Below, in pieces: positions 9,368-17,370 of a stretch of DNA of 64,000 bases. The position numbers were made by a program, and so were the translations under genes. The DNA is taken from positions 293,034 to 357,033 of the forward strand of contig CAZGFX010000001.1 of assembly GCA_964524845.1 (NCBI GenBank), read 5' to 3'. The number at the start of each line of letters is the position of its first letter. Positions within the stretch are counted from its first letter, which is position 1. The notes beneath the pieces were generated by a model that saw only the letters and a program-made list of their open reading frames with translations, was not told the origin of the DNA and ran no database searches. Origin of the DNA: an uncultured Gammaproteobacteria bacterium (lineage in GTDB: Bacteria; Patescibacteriota; Patescibacteriia; CAZGFX01).

Positions 9368-9444
9368 TGGTCGGAGATACGGGACTTGAACCCGTGGCCT
9401 CAAGCACCCCATGCTTGCGCGCTAGCCAACTGCGCTAATCTCCG
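9368..9444 (-). tRNA. tRNA-Pro (anticodon GGG), CCA encoded.
   Basis: rc reads CGGAGAT-TA-GCGC-AGTTGGCTA-GCGC-G-CAAGC-ATGGGGT-GCTTG-AGGCC-ACGGG-TTCAAGT-CCCGT-ATCTCCG-A-CCA. Confidence 0.85.
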
Positions 9445-9554
9445 ATAAATAAGATTGATAGTTTATAAAATTTTTCTACTCATAAAGCAAAAATATTTTG
9501 GTAACCTGCCCCGCGGACGAGTGGTAACGAGTCTTGCGGGGCGCTAATCCCCGA
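9445..9554. repeat. tRNA 5'-flank module: AT-rich spacer (9445..9499), H-a hairpin ggtaacctgccccgc..gcggggc (9500..9542), then a 14-nt copy of the tRNA-Pro 5' end (gcgctaatccccga, 9541..9554).
   Basis: Same architecture as at the other tRNA loci. The copy has 1 mismatch to the adjacent tRNA 5' end. Confidence 0.8.
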
Positions 9555-9569
9555 CCACAGCACGAAGAA

Positions 9570-9854
9570 TTATAAACTCTTTTTATCTTTCGAATAAAAA
9601 TCTACTGATTCGTGAAATATATGCCGATAGATCTTTCTAATAAGAGGTTTTCTAACAAGGTGTTTTTCTGAAATACGATTAATAATTTCGTTTTCTCTTT
9701 TTTTATCCTTAACACCAATTGATTCTTCTTGTTTTATTTTCATAATTTCACGAACAATTTCAAATCGTTCCACAAGAAGCATACAAAGAGCATCATCAAT
9801 ACGATCAATGTGTTCTCTGTATTTTTTAATTTTCTTTTTTATTTCCTCTTCCAT
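9570..9854 (-). CDS. Chorismate mutase (AroQ class, CM_2).
   Basis: 94 aa. LRxxIDxIDxxLxxLLxxR signature (YREHIDRIDDALCMLLVERFEIVREI). Confidence 0.75.
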   Translation of the reverse strand: MEEEIKKKIKKYREHIDRIDDALCMLLVERFEIVREIMKIKQEESIGVKDKKRENEIINRISEKHLVRKPLIRKIYRHIFHESVDFYSKDKKSL

Positions 9855-9859
9855 ATCAA

Positions 9860-11041
9860 TTATATTTTTACAATCTTATATACTTCATCGTTTATTCGTA
9901 AAACACGATCGCACGGAAATGTTATTTTTGACTCCTCGTGATATTCAACACCTGAAACAAAGATTCTTTCTATGCCCGTTGTTGGGCCCTGAACATATAA
10001 TTCGTCTCCTATCATAATTGAACCTTCGCGAACAGTTACTTCGGCAATATCTGATTTTTTAAAATAATTACTAACTATGCCCACTCTCTCTTTTTTCTCG
10101 GTTGCCTGATTGTGTGGCTCAGTCCACCCTTCTACACCAGGAGTTCCGAACAAAAATCCTGTCGAAAACCCTCTGTTGTATACTCGTGTTACATCATTGA
10201 TAAGAGATTTCTTTAATTCGTCTGTGTACACACCATCTCGAATAGCATCAAGAGCGATACGATAAGAATGAGTGACGATAGATGCATATTCAGGGGATCT
10301 CCCTCGTCCTTCTATCTTTAATACATCAGCTCCTGTTTCAACAATTCTATCAAGAAACGAAAGAGTGCAAAGATCTTTTGGACTCATCACATACCCACAC
10401 CCCACGACAAGTTCTCCTCCTGTTTCTTCATCAACAATTTTATATTCTCTACGACATGGTTGAAGACACTCTCCTCTGTTTGCTGATTTTCCTTGTAAAA
10501 ACTGTGACATGAAACATCTTCCGGAAACTGACACACACATTGCTCCGTGACAAAAAACCTCTATTAGACAATTTGTTTTCTTTTTTATATCGGCAATTTG
10601 TTCAAGTGTGCACTCACGCGCAAGCACAATACATCGAGCGCCCTGTGTTTCATAAAAACGTGCCGCAACTGAATTTGATATGCTTGCTTGAGTCGAAATA
10701 TTAAAAGGCATCCCGTATTTTTTGCATGCCTCAATAACCGCAAAATCCCAACATATTACCGCATCGACATCAGCCTTTTTTAAATCACGAACCATTTCAT
10801 CAATTCTTTCAATTTCATTTTCATAAGCTATAACATTCAATGTAATGTGTATCTCAACATTTTTCTCGTGGGCTCGCTTCACTATATCCGGAAGTACTGA
10901 CATGTCAATTCCTTTTGAACTTACGCGCATATTAAGTTCTCCAACACCAAAATATACCGCGTCAGCTCCAGCCGCAAGCGCTGCCGAAAAAGAAATTTCG
11001 TCACGAACAGGCGCTAGAAGTTTTGGGATTTTTATCATCAT
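9860..11041 (-). CDS. Peptidase U32 family protein (YegQ/RlhA-TrhP-like, collagenase-like).
   Basis: 393 aa. N-terminal PELLAPV..A..AGADAVYFG motif and Cys-rich C-terminal region typical of U32. Confidence 0.75.
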   Translation of the reverse strand: MMIKIPKLLAPVRDEISFSAALAAGADAVYFGVGELNMRVSSKGIDMSVLPDIVKRAHEKNVEIHITLNVIAYENEIERIDEMVRDLKKADVDAVICWDFAVIEACKKYGMPFNISTQASISNSVAARFYETQGARCIVLARECTLEQIADIKKKTNCLIEVFCHGAMCVSVSGRCFMSQFLQGKSANRGECLQPCRREYKIVDEETGGELVVGCGYVMSPKDLCTLSFLDRIVETGADVLKIEGRGRSPEYASIVTHSYRIALDAIRDGVYTDELKKSLINDVTRVYNRGFSTGFLFGTPGVEGWTEPHNQATEKKERVGIVSNYFKKSDIAEVTVREGSIMIGDELYVQGPTTGIERIFVSGVEYHEESKITFPCDRVLRINDEVYKIVKI

Positions 11042-11127
11042 ACGACAATAAAGTTACGTGGAAATATTGTTTTTTGCAAGACCTTTATTTAAAAACCAAA
11101 ACAACTCTTTTAGAGAGCTGCTTTGTG

Positions 11128-11204
11128 TGGTCGGGGATATCGGACTTGAACCGACGGCCTTGCGCACCCGAAACGCACGCTCTAGCCAACTGAGCTAATC
11201 CCCG
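11128..11204 (-). tRNA. tRNA-Pro (anticodon CGG), CCA encoded.
   Basis: rc reads CGGGGAT-TA-GCTC-AGTTGGCTA-GAGC-G-TGCGT-TTCGGGT-GCGCA-AGGCC-GTCGG-TTCAAGT-CCGAT-ATCCCCG-A-CCA. Confidence 0.85.
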
Positions 11205-11711
11205 ATGAATAAATTAGATGAATGAACAAAACGTTTTTCTATTCATAAAATACTTATATTTTGGTAACCCGCCCCGCAGACGAATGTAATGAGTCGTGCG
11301 GGGAGCTAATCCCCGATGAATAAATTAGATGAATGAACAAAACGTTTTTCTATTCATAAAATACTTATATTTTGGTAACCCGCCCCGCAGACGAATGTAA
11401 TGAGTCGTGCGGGGAGCTAATCCCCGATGAAAAGCGACTTTTAAATGAAGTGCTATATAACGCTTGAGAAAACTTTAATAATTTGGTAACTGGTCCTCCG
11501 AAGCTTTAGCGTAGGAGGAAGCTCCAGCCATAGGCTGGTCAGCCTCTGGCTGAAATCCCCGATGAATAAATTAGATTAATGAACAAAACGTTTTTCTACT
11601 CATAAAACATTTATATCTTGGTAACCCGCCCCGTCACGTCACTCGCGAGCGACGTGACCCGTCACGTCACTCGCGAGTGACGTGATCCGCAGACGAACAA
11701 AAACATACACC
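11205..11711. repeat. Array of tRNA 5'-flank modules upstream of tRNA-Pro(CGG). Two identical 111-bp units cover 11205..11428 (spacer, H-a ggtaacccgccccgcagacgaatgtaatgagtcgtgcggggag, copy gctaatccccgat). A GC-rich structured block (11480..11549) ends in the copy aatccccgat. A third unit follows whose H-a (11619..) is interrupted by two 26-bp palindromes (11633..11658, 11661..11686).
   Basis: Exact direct repeats are visible in the sequence. The palindrome pair is inserted after ggtaacccgccccg, the equivalent position to the insertion at 9136. Confidence 0.85.
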
Positions 11712-11810
11712 AAGGGATTATCATATTCATATTGTCCTTGAAATTATAGCCGAAATCCCTCGAACAAATAAGATTGTGCCTCGTAAAAATAATTTTTGCA
11801 AGTTTGTTGT

Positions 11811-12626
11811 TTATAAAAAACGGGTGATTATTTTTGGAGAAAACTTACCATTTGTAGCACATGTTGATACCTGATTCTGGTTTGTTATTATGCCTTTTTT
11901 GCGACTTTTTGGTTTAAAACCAATCACAGTACCACCCGCTTCTGTGACAAATATTCCAGCAGCTGCTATGTCCCATAGTGACAAATGCGTTGAAACAAAT
12001 GCGTCTGCACGTCCCATACCGACAGCGGACATATCAATTGCAGCAGATCCGCTTCGCCTAACATACAAAGCAAGTTTTGTAATTATATGAGTATCTCTTA
12101 TCATAACATCTCTTTTTTCTCCTCCTTTGCAATACAAAACAAAAGATTGAGCCAAAGTACGCACATTACTCGTATGTGCTGAATATTTTTTATTTGTAGA
12201 AGTGTTAACAACAAAAGCTCCTTTTCCTTTTTCGGCAATATATCTCTCATGAAGCGCCGGGGCCTCAATAACACCAATAACAGGAACTCCGTTTTTAAAC
12301 AGTGCTATAGATACAGCAAAAAAAGGATCGTGGTTTACAAAATTTCCAGTTCCATCAAGAGGATCAATAACCCATAAAAAATTACTTTTTTTATCAACAA
12401 ATCCTGTTTCTTCTGTAAGATAAGAATGATCGGGAAAGCGTGCACATATTTTATTCCTTATATATTCATCGCTTTTAATATCATAAGGAGTGACGATACC
12501 TCCTGTCGTTTTTGACGATATTATTCTTTCTGTTTTATAAAATTCTTTCAGAAGTCTTCTTCCAGCTTCTTCCGCAACATCGACCGCAAAATCAATGTAT
12601 GTATTTTTTTTCTGCATAATCGTCAC
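11811..12626 (-). CDS. Inositol monophosphatase family protein (SuhB / archaeal-type IMPase-FBPase).
   Basis: Motifs WVIDPLDGTGNFV and DxxxxGxxP. 271 aa. Confidence 0.85.
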   Translation of the reverse strand: MTIMQKKNTYIDFAVDVAEEAGRRLLKEFYKTERIISSKTTGGIVTPYDIKSDEYIRNKICARFPDHSYLTEETGFVDKKSNFLWVIDPLDGTGNFVNHDPFFAVSIALFKNGVPVIGVIEAPALHERYIAEKGKGAFVVNTSTNKKYSAHTSNVRTLAQSFVLYCKGGEKRDVMIRDTHIITKLALYVRRSGSAAIDMSAVGMGRADAFVSTHLSLWDIAAAGIFVTEAGGTVIGFKPKSRKKGIITNQNQVSTCATNGKFSPKIITRFL

Positions 12627-12751
12627 TGTTTAAATTATTTAGAGTATATTGTATTATAAGATATTTTAATTAGCAAGTGTCTGCACACCGAACAGATCGC
12701 TTCGCCTCTTTTATTCAGATATTCAGACATCTCGCTTCACTTGAGACAAAA

Positions 12752-12790
12752 GAAAAGGCCCCGAAATTCGACGGGGCCTAATATATCATT
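12752..12790 (-). terminator. Rho-independent terminator for the TspO gene (GGCCCCG-TCGAATTT-CGGGGCC then TTTTCTTTTG on the minus strand).
   Basis: 7-bp GC stem with a T-rich tail on the minus strand, downstream of 12975. Confidence 0.5.
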
Positions 12791-12974
12791 AATCACGAGT
12801 AATTCAGCGCGTACACTTTCCTCATAAGTAATTATATAGTATTTTTGTTTTCTCTGATATAAAAATTGCATACTTATTCACAACCTACTGGTACATCCGT
12901 AACCAGTACACTGACCTTTGTTCTATGAACGAGATTAAACCGATTATTAAACAAAACTATTAATGATATTTTAT

Positions 12975-13436
12975 TTAGTTCAATTTCCAAATACTATATG
13001 TAAGATATGTTGCAAAAAATACCCACCCGGCATATGGAGCAAGCATCCATGCTGCGATCGAAGTGATTGGATATATGAGTATCATAAGTGCTACAACAGA
13101 ACATCCGAGAACAAATGCTTCAATAATCGCAATTCCGATCAAGTGTTGATTGAAAAATAGAAAACTCCATAACACATTGAGTACTGCATTGAGTACAAAA
13201 AGCCCTATAATCCACCAAAATCTGTTTGTGTGATCCACCGTGTTCCAAAGAAGCAAAATAGATGCTGCCGCAAGCACAAAAAGCACCGTCCACACGATCC
13301 CGATGACCGCCCCCGGAGGTGTCCACGATGGAATGACGATCGTTCTATACCACTCCATTCCGCTTGAAGTAAATATTCCACCTGTTCGTGCAACGGCAAG
13401 CACTACGAGCGGGATAATAATATAATTGAGTTTCAT
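12975..13436 (-). CDS. tspO: TspO/MBR family tryptophan-rich sensory protein.
   Basis: 153 aa, 5 TM helices, Trp-rich (WYRTIVIPSWTPPG, NAVLNVLWSFLFF, AWMLAPYAGWVFFATYL). Confidence 0.85.
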   Translation of the reverse strand: MKLNYIIIPLVVLAVARTGGIFTSSGMEWYRTIVIPSWTPPGAVIGIVWTVLFVLAAASILLLWNTVDHTNRFWWIIGLFVLNAVLNVLWSFLFFNQHLIGIAIIEAFVLGCSVVALMILIYPITSIAAWMLAPYAGWVFFATYLTYSIWKLN

Positions 13437-13438
13437 AA

Positions 13439-13951
13439 TTAATAATACAATTTTATAATCACTTCGTCAGACTCTCCTTCTCCTCGTGGATTTTCTTCTG
13501 TTATTGTTAAACGTAAAATTTGGTCATGTACAACCAATTCATCTCCTATTACTCCTTTGAATGTTACAGGACCTTCCGTCATCCAGTTTTCTTCGGTTGT
13601 AAGTTTTCCTGTAGCAATAACTTTATTAAATCTATCAGTAAGTTTCATCGTTCCGGCACTTCCTTCAAAGGTAGTCCAAGCACATCCCTTATCTCCGCTG
13701 TTATCAACCACTACTTCGACTGGTATCGGAAATGCTTTTACACTACTGTTTGGAACAGGTGTGACAAACGTAAAACATGGTGACGATTTTGGGTTTGGGA
13801 GCAATGGTTTTTCTTCTTGTTTTTGAGATATTGTTTTTTCCTCTTTGTTTGATTCTGTGTTTTTCTTTATCAAACCCTCCCACGAACAACCAACTACACC
13901 AACGCTTATAATAACACTCACTATCATGTAAATTATTTTTGTTTTAGACAT
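13439..13951 (-). CDS. Putative lipoprotein (signal peptide with VVGC lipobox).
   Basis: Likely start at MSKTKII (13951) rather than the ORF-track start at 14011. No known domain. Confidence 0.5.
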   Translation of the reverse strand: MSKTKIIYMIVSVIISVGVVGCSWEGLIKKNTESNKEEKTISQKQEEKPLLPNPKSSPCFTFVTPVPNSSVKAFPIPVEVVVDNSGDKGCAWTTFEGSAGTMKLTDRFNKVIATGKLTTEENWMTEGPVTFKGVIGDELVVHDQILRLTITEENPRGEGESDEVIIKLYY

Positions 13952-14061
13952 ATAATTATGATTATGTGTAAGTAATTTTTTACACTGTTTTATACATATA
14001 AACAGTATCAAACTTGTCTTTGTTTTTCAATAAAACACCATAAAACAAAATATTCTCAAAT

Positions 14062-14096
14062 ACAAATGCGCCAGTAAAAATCACTGGCGCATTTGT
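14062..14096 (-). terminator. Hairpin terminator immediately 3' of tRNA-Pro(TGG) (14-bp perfect stem acaaatgcgccagt/actggcgcatttgt).
   Basis: Perfect inverted repeat followed on the minus strand by a T-rich run (atttgagaatatttt). Confidence 0.55.
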
Positions 14097-14097
14097 A

Positions 14098-14174
14098 TGG
14101 TCGGGGTGGCGGGACTCGAACCCACGACCTCTTGGTCCCAAACCAAGCGTTCTAGCCAACTGAACTACACCCCG
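14098..14174 (-). tRNA. tRNA-Pro (anticodon TGG), CCA encoded.
   Basis: rc reads CGGGGTG-TA-GTTC-AGTTGGCTA-GAAC-G-CTTGG-TTTGGGA-CCAAG-AGGTC-GTGGG-TTCGAGT-CCCGC-CACCCCG-A-CCA. This tRNA has no H-module on its 5' flank. Confidence 0.85.
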
Positions 14175-14359
14175 ATATAATTACGTTTAACGGTGACTAG
14201 CTTATCATAATATTTTCACATTGAAAAGGGCTAAAACACTTTTATCTTCCGTATAATTTTTAGATTTTCTTTTTTTGTTTATTTTCTAACAAAAAGAATG
14301 GTGATATAATATAAATAAGGTCGTATATTAACCTTCGCGACCATATTAATTCTTATTAT

Positions 14360-14566
14360 ATGAAAATGAACTGGCTTAGTTGGGTTGCTATTATTCTTAT
14401 TATTATTGGGGGATTAAATTGGGGACTTGTTGGTTTCTTTGAATTCGATCTTGTTGGAGCGATCTTTGGAAACATGTCGATCGTTTCTCGTATTGTTTAT
14501 GCTCTTGTAGGACTCGCTGCTGTTTATACTATATTTCTACTTCCAAAGATGAACAAACAAGCATAA
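14360..14566 (+). CDS. DUF378 family small membrane protein.
   Basis: 68 aa. Motif IGGLNWGLVGFFEFDLV typical of DUF378 (YuzA-like). Confidence 0.7.
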   Translation: MKMNWLSWVAIILIIIGGLNWGLVGFFEFDLVGAIFGNMSIVSRIVYALVGLAAVYTIFLLPKMNKQA

Positions 14567-14594
14567 CACAACTCGTTCTTTTTTGAATTATAGA

Positions 14595-14638
14595 AAAACG
14601 TCGCTTCATAATTTAATTATCGCGACGTTTTTCTTTTC
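14595..14638 (+). terminator. Rho-independent terminator (AACGTCGC..GCGACGTT then TTTTCTTTT).
   Basis: 8-bp stem with a T-run, downstream of 14566. Confidence 0.6.
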
Positions 14639-14721
14639 CGAATCACTTTTCAAACAAAACAAAAATTCGCTAAATAATGAGAAAAGGTGTATACTATTAA
14701 TATCATAATATCATTATACAT

Positions 14722-15057
14722 ATGCTTTTGGACATAATTATATTTTTACTCACGCTTTTCGTGCTCTTGGAATCCGTTTATATAGTGTTTCTTTCAAAGA
14801 AAGAGATTGATCGAGCATTCAGATTCATATCTGGAGCGGTTATCATATTTGCACTTCGCGCTATGTTTAACTTCTCTCCTGCATATACATCAGATCAGAT
14901 GGTAAAATACTTCGACCTTCTTTTCATGATCATGCTTTTACTTGGCCTATCTTATATGGTCGATTGTTGTCAAAAAAAGAACGCGGCCGATATAAAAGAA
15001 AAAAACCCTCGTCCAACACCGAAACTCATAGCGAAAAAAATCATCAAAAGAAAATAA
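14722..15057 (+). CDS. Hypothetical small membrane protein.
   Basis: 111 aa, 3 predicted TM helices, basic C-terminus. Confidence 0.5.
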   Translation: MLLDIIIFLLTLFVLLESVYIVFLSKKEIDRAFRFISGAVIIFALRAMFNFSPAYTSDQMVKYFDLLFMIMLLLGLSYMVDCCQKKNAADIKEKNPRPTPKLIAKKIIKRK

Positions 15058-15072
15058 GTTAAATTATAGAAA

Positions 15073-15110
15073 AATTCCTCCGCACTACGCTGAGGAATTT
15101 TCATTTTTTT
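15073..15110. terminator. Bidirectional terminator (AATTCCTC-loop-GAGGAATT) between convergent genes.
   Basis: Perfect 8-bp stem flanked by T-runs on both strands. Confidence 0.55.
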
Positions 15111-15125
15111 AAATTAACTTTGAGT

Positions 15126-15938
15126 TTACTTCACCTCCACCTGTGTCGCCGGAGCTTGTGATGTTGGTTGTGATGCGGGCATTGGCTTTCCTGAGAAAGG
15201 AGCGAATGTACTCATAATATATCTAAGATTGTTTTTTGTTTGCTCTTCAAGAGGAAAAGAAACGAAGTCATTCTTGTAATTAAAATTTGTATATCTCGCC
15301 ATGATCACCATATCTGTATTTGGAACTTCATATACAGCTCCCCAAACATTATACACCACCTCTTTTCCATCCATGACCCGAGACTGAACCTGTTCGAACT
15401 CCCAAACTCCTTTTTCCTTTTTGCAATATTTTGTTTCTTTCACTGAATATGTTGTATCGCCTTTTTTTGTAACATCACAAAAAGATTGTGCTAAAAATTT
15501 TGAAGAAGAAATATCATAGTCTTCTATTTCTTTCGTATCGCCTGCACGGAAAAACTCCGAAAATATTCGGTTCGTATCAGTTATAACAAAATTAATGTTT
15601 CCGGAAGAAGTAAAAAACATACGATATATAGGACGCAGAGTAGAATCAGGAGTTGTTTTTTGCTTTGATATATACATGTCTCCCCACGTTTCTGGAATCA
15701 TCGCCTGAAAACCATACTCACCCATTTCATATTTTTTAAATGGAATATTGTCAAAATCAACAAGCTCCGCGAATGTACGCCTTGTAGAATCTTGGTTCGG
15801 AGAGTTCTTCTGAATATGAGAGAGAAACAGCGCGCCGCCGACAATAATAACTGCGATCACCACATATATAATGTGATTGATTGTTATCTTTTTAAATAAA
15901 TCGTTCAAATCATTCATAGAATTATAATATATAAACAT
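15126..15938 (-). CDS. Hypothetical membrane-anchored secreted protein.
   Basis: 270 aa with an N-terminal TM anchor and Pro/Thr/Gln-rich C-terminus. Confidence 0.5.
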   Translation of the reverse strand: MFIYYNSMNDLNDLFKKITINHIIYVVIAVIIVGGALFLSHIQKNSPNQDSTRRTFAELVDFDNIPFKKYEMGEYGFQAMIPETWGDMYISKQKTTPDSTLRPIYRMFFTSSGNINFVITDTNRIFSEFFRAGDTKEIEDYDISSSKFLAQSFCDVTKKGDTTYSVKETKYCKKEKGVWEFEQVQSRVMDGKEVVYNVWGAVYEVPNTDMVIMARYTNFNYKNDFVSFPLEEQTKNNLRYIMSTFAPFSGKPMPASQPTSQAPATQVEVK

Positions 15939-16112
15939 TCATATACTATCAGACGTTCTCATGAAATCAAGCGGCGGCGCGCGTCATATTATAAAAAAGA
16001 AATCAACCAAGGATTGATCGGCCTATGACTTACAAAAAAACATTGATTATTTACAATCAAATGCATATAGTTATCGCGTTATTTTGATATTCATTTTTCC
16101 ACATAATCATAT

Positions 16113-16925
16113 ATGACTGAAAAAAACGACAATTTGAGGATTTTGTTTATAGGAGACGTTGTTGCAAAAATCGGAAGACGGGCAGTACAAGCAATTGTAC
16201 CGAATCTTCGTTCCGAACTTGATGTTCACATGGTAATAGCAAATGCTGAAAATGCGGCACACGGCGCTGGGTTAACACAAAAAACATACGACGAGATTAT
16301 TTCATCGGGTGTTGATTTTTTGACTTCCGGAAACCATATTTGGAATAATCCGGACGCACTCAATCTATTGACAAATTCAGCGAAAATTATTAGACCAGCC
16401 AATTATCCAGAGGGCACTGAGGGATGTGGATGGAAAGTCGTTGAAGTTAGCAAAAAAAACGTCCTTGTGATAAACTTGATGGGAAGGGTATTCATGCATG
16501 ATTACATTGATTGCCCTTTTCGCACTTTAGACTCAATTCTTTTGGAAACAAAAGCGGCTAATTTACATGCGATTGTTATTGATTTTCATGCCGAAGCAAC
16601 TTCAGAAAAAGTTGCATTTGGATGGTACGCGGCCAACAGAGTAAGTGCCGTTCTCGGTACTCATACTCATATCATGACAGCAGATGAGCGGATATTGCCT
16701 CACGGCACCGCATATATTTCTGATGTTGGTATGACTGGTCACAGGGATTCGGTTCTGGGTGTACAAAAGGAGGCAATTATTAAAAAATTCCTCACCCAAC
16801 TCCCCGTACGACACGAGTATGAGGAAACCGGTCCAGCGATTTTTCGCGCAGTCCTCGTAGAAATTGATTCAAAAAACTGTAAAGCCGTTTCAATTAAAAG
16901 AATTGAAAGAGAACTAGTTATTTAA
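16113..16925 (+). CDS. ymdB: YmdB-like metallophosphoesterase (TIGR00282; 2',3'-cyclic-nucleotide phosphodiesterase family).
   Basis: LRILFIGDVVAKIGRRAV...VIANAENAAHGAGLTQKTYDEIISSGVDFLTSGNHIWN matches the YmdB family. Confidence 0.8.
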   Translation: MTEKNDNLRILFIGDVVAKIGRRAVQAIVPNLRSELDVHMVIANAENAAHGAGLTQKTYDEIISSGVDFLTSGNHIWNNPDALNLLTNSAKIIRPANYPEGTEGCGWKVVEVSKKNVLVINLMGRVFMHDYIDCPFRTLDSILLETKAANLHAIVIDFHAEATSEKVAFGWYAANRVSAVLGTHTHIMTADERILPHGTAYISDVGMTGHRDSVLGVQKEAIIKKFLTQLPVRHEYEETGPAIFRAVLVEIDSKNCKAVSIKRIERELVI

Positions 16926-16935
16926 TATTTATTGT

Positions 16936-17211
16936 ATGAATAAAGCTCAATTAATCGATGCTGTTGCTACCCGTGTTGGGTGCTCAAAAAAGCAGGCAGA
17001 GGATATGATCAATTCGTTTATTGCGCTCGTTACCGAAACTTTGAAAAAAGGTGATGAGGTGTCTATTTCTGGATTCGGTCAATTTTCAAGCCGCAAACGT
17101 GCTGCTCGCATGGGTGTCAACCCACGCAATCCTAGTGAGAAGATCAGCATTCCTGAAGTTGTAGTTCCTAAATTCAAAGCCGGCAAAGGCCTCAAAGACG
17201 CTTTGAAATAA
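16936..17211 (+). CDS. hup: DNA-binding protein HU.
   Basis: 91 aa, MNKAQLIDAVA...GFGQFSSRKRAARMGVNPRNPSEKISIPEVVVPKFKAGKGLKDAL. Confidence 0.9.
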   Translation: MNKAQLIDAVATRVGCSKKQAEDMINSFIALVTETLKKGDEVSISGFGQFSSRKRAARMGVNPRNPSEKISIPEVVVPKFKAGKGLKDALK

Positions 17212-17250
17212 CAACACGACTCACAATCGATCGATTACTTACAAACGAAA

Positions 17251-17276
17251 AGATCCGTAGAAATACGGATTTTTTC
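17251..17276 (+). terminator. Rho-independent terminator after hup (ATCCGTA-GAAA-TACGGAT then T5).
   Basis: 7-bp stem, GAAA loop, T-run. Confidence 0.65.
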
Positions 17277-17340
17277 ATAAAAACACAAAACCCTCAGCCA
17301 TAAGCTAAGGGTTTTGCGTTCAGGTATCGGAGAGAGCCTT

Positions 17341-17370
17341 GCCCCGAATCTGTTTTATCCCGTTTGCGGG
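17341..17370. repeat. H-a-like GC hairpin (ccccgaatctgttttatcccgtttgcgggg) in a tRNA-free intergenic region.
   Basis: Same CCCCG.../...GCGGGG stem as the tRNA-flank hairpins. It sits next to the GAGCCTTGCCCCG motif, which is also present at 21196. Confidence 0.5.

Noticed and set aside
9241-9438. ORF 9241..9438 (+) and similar ORFs 20970..21170, 21083..21292, 56212..56535, 56836..57048.
   Set aside because: They overlap tRNA genes and repeat arrays, so they are artefacts of GC-rich repeat sequence.
9087-11711. Possible CRISPR array, given regularly spaced GC-rich hairpin repeats separated by AT-rich segments.
   Set aside because: The AT-rich spacers are identical between units rather than unique. 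The repeats are not constant-length palindromes. Each unit ends in a tRNA-end copy and no cas genes are present.
13120-13425. ORFs antisense or overlapping within the tspO gene (13120..13326, 13205..13399, 13240..13425).
   Set aside because: They lie within the well-supported TspO coding region in other frames.
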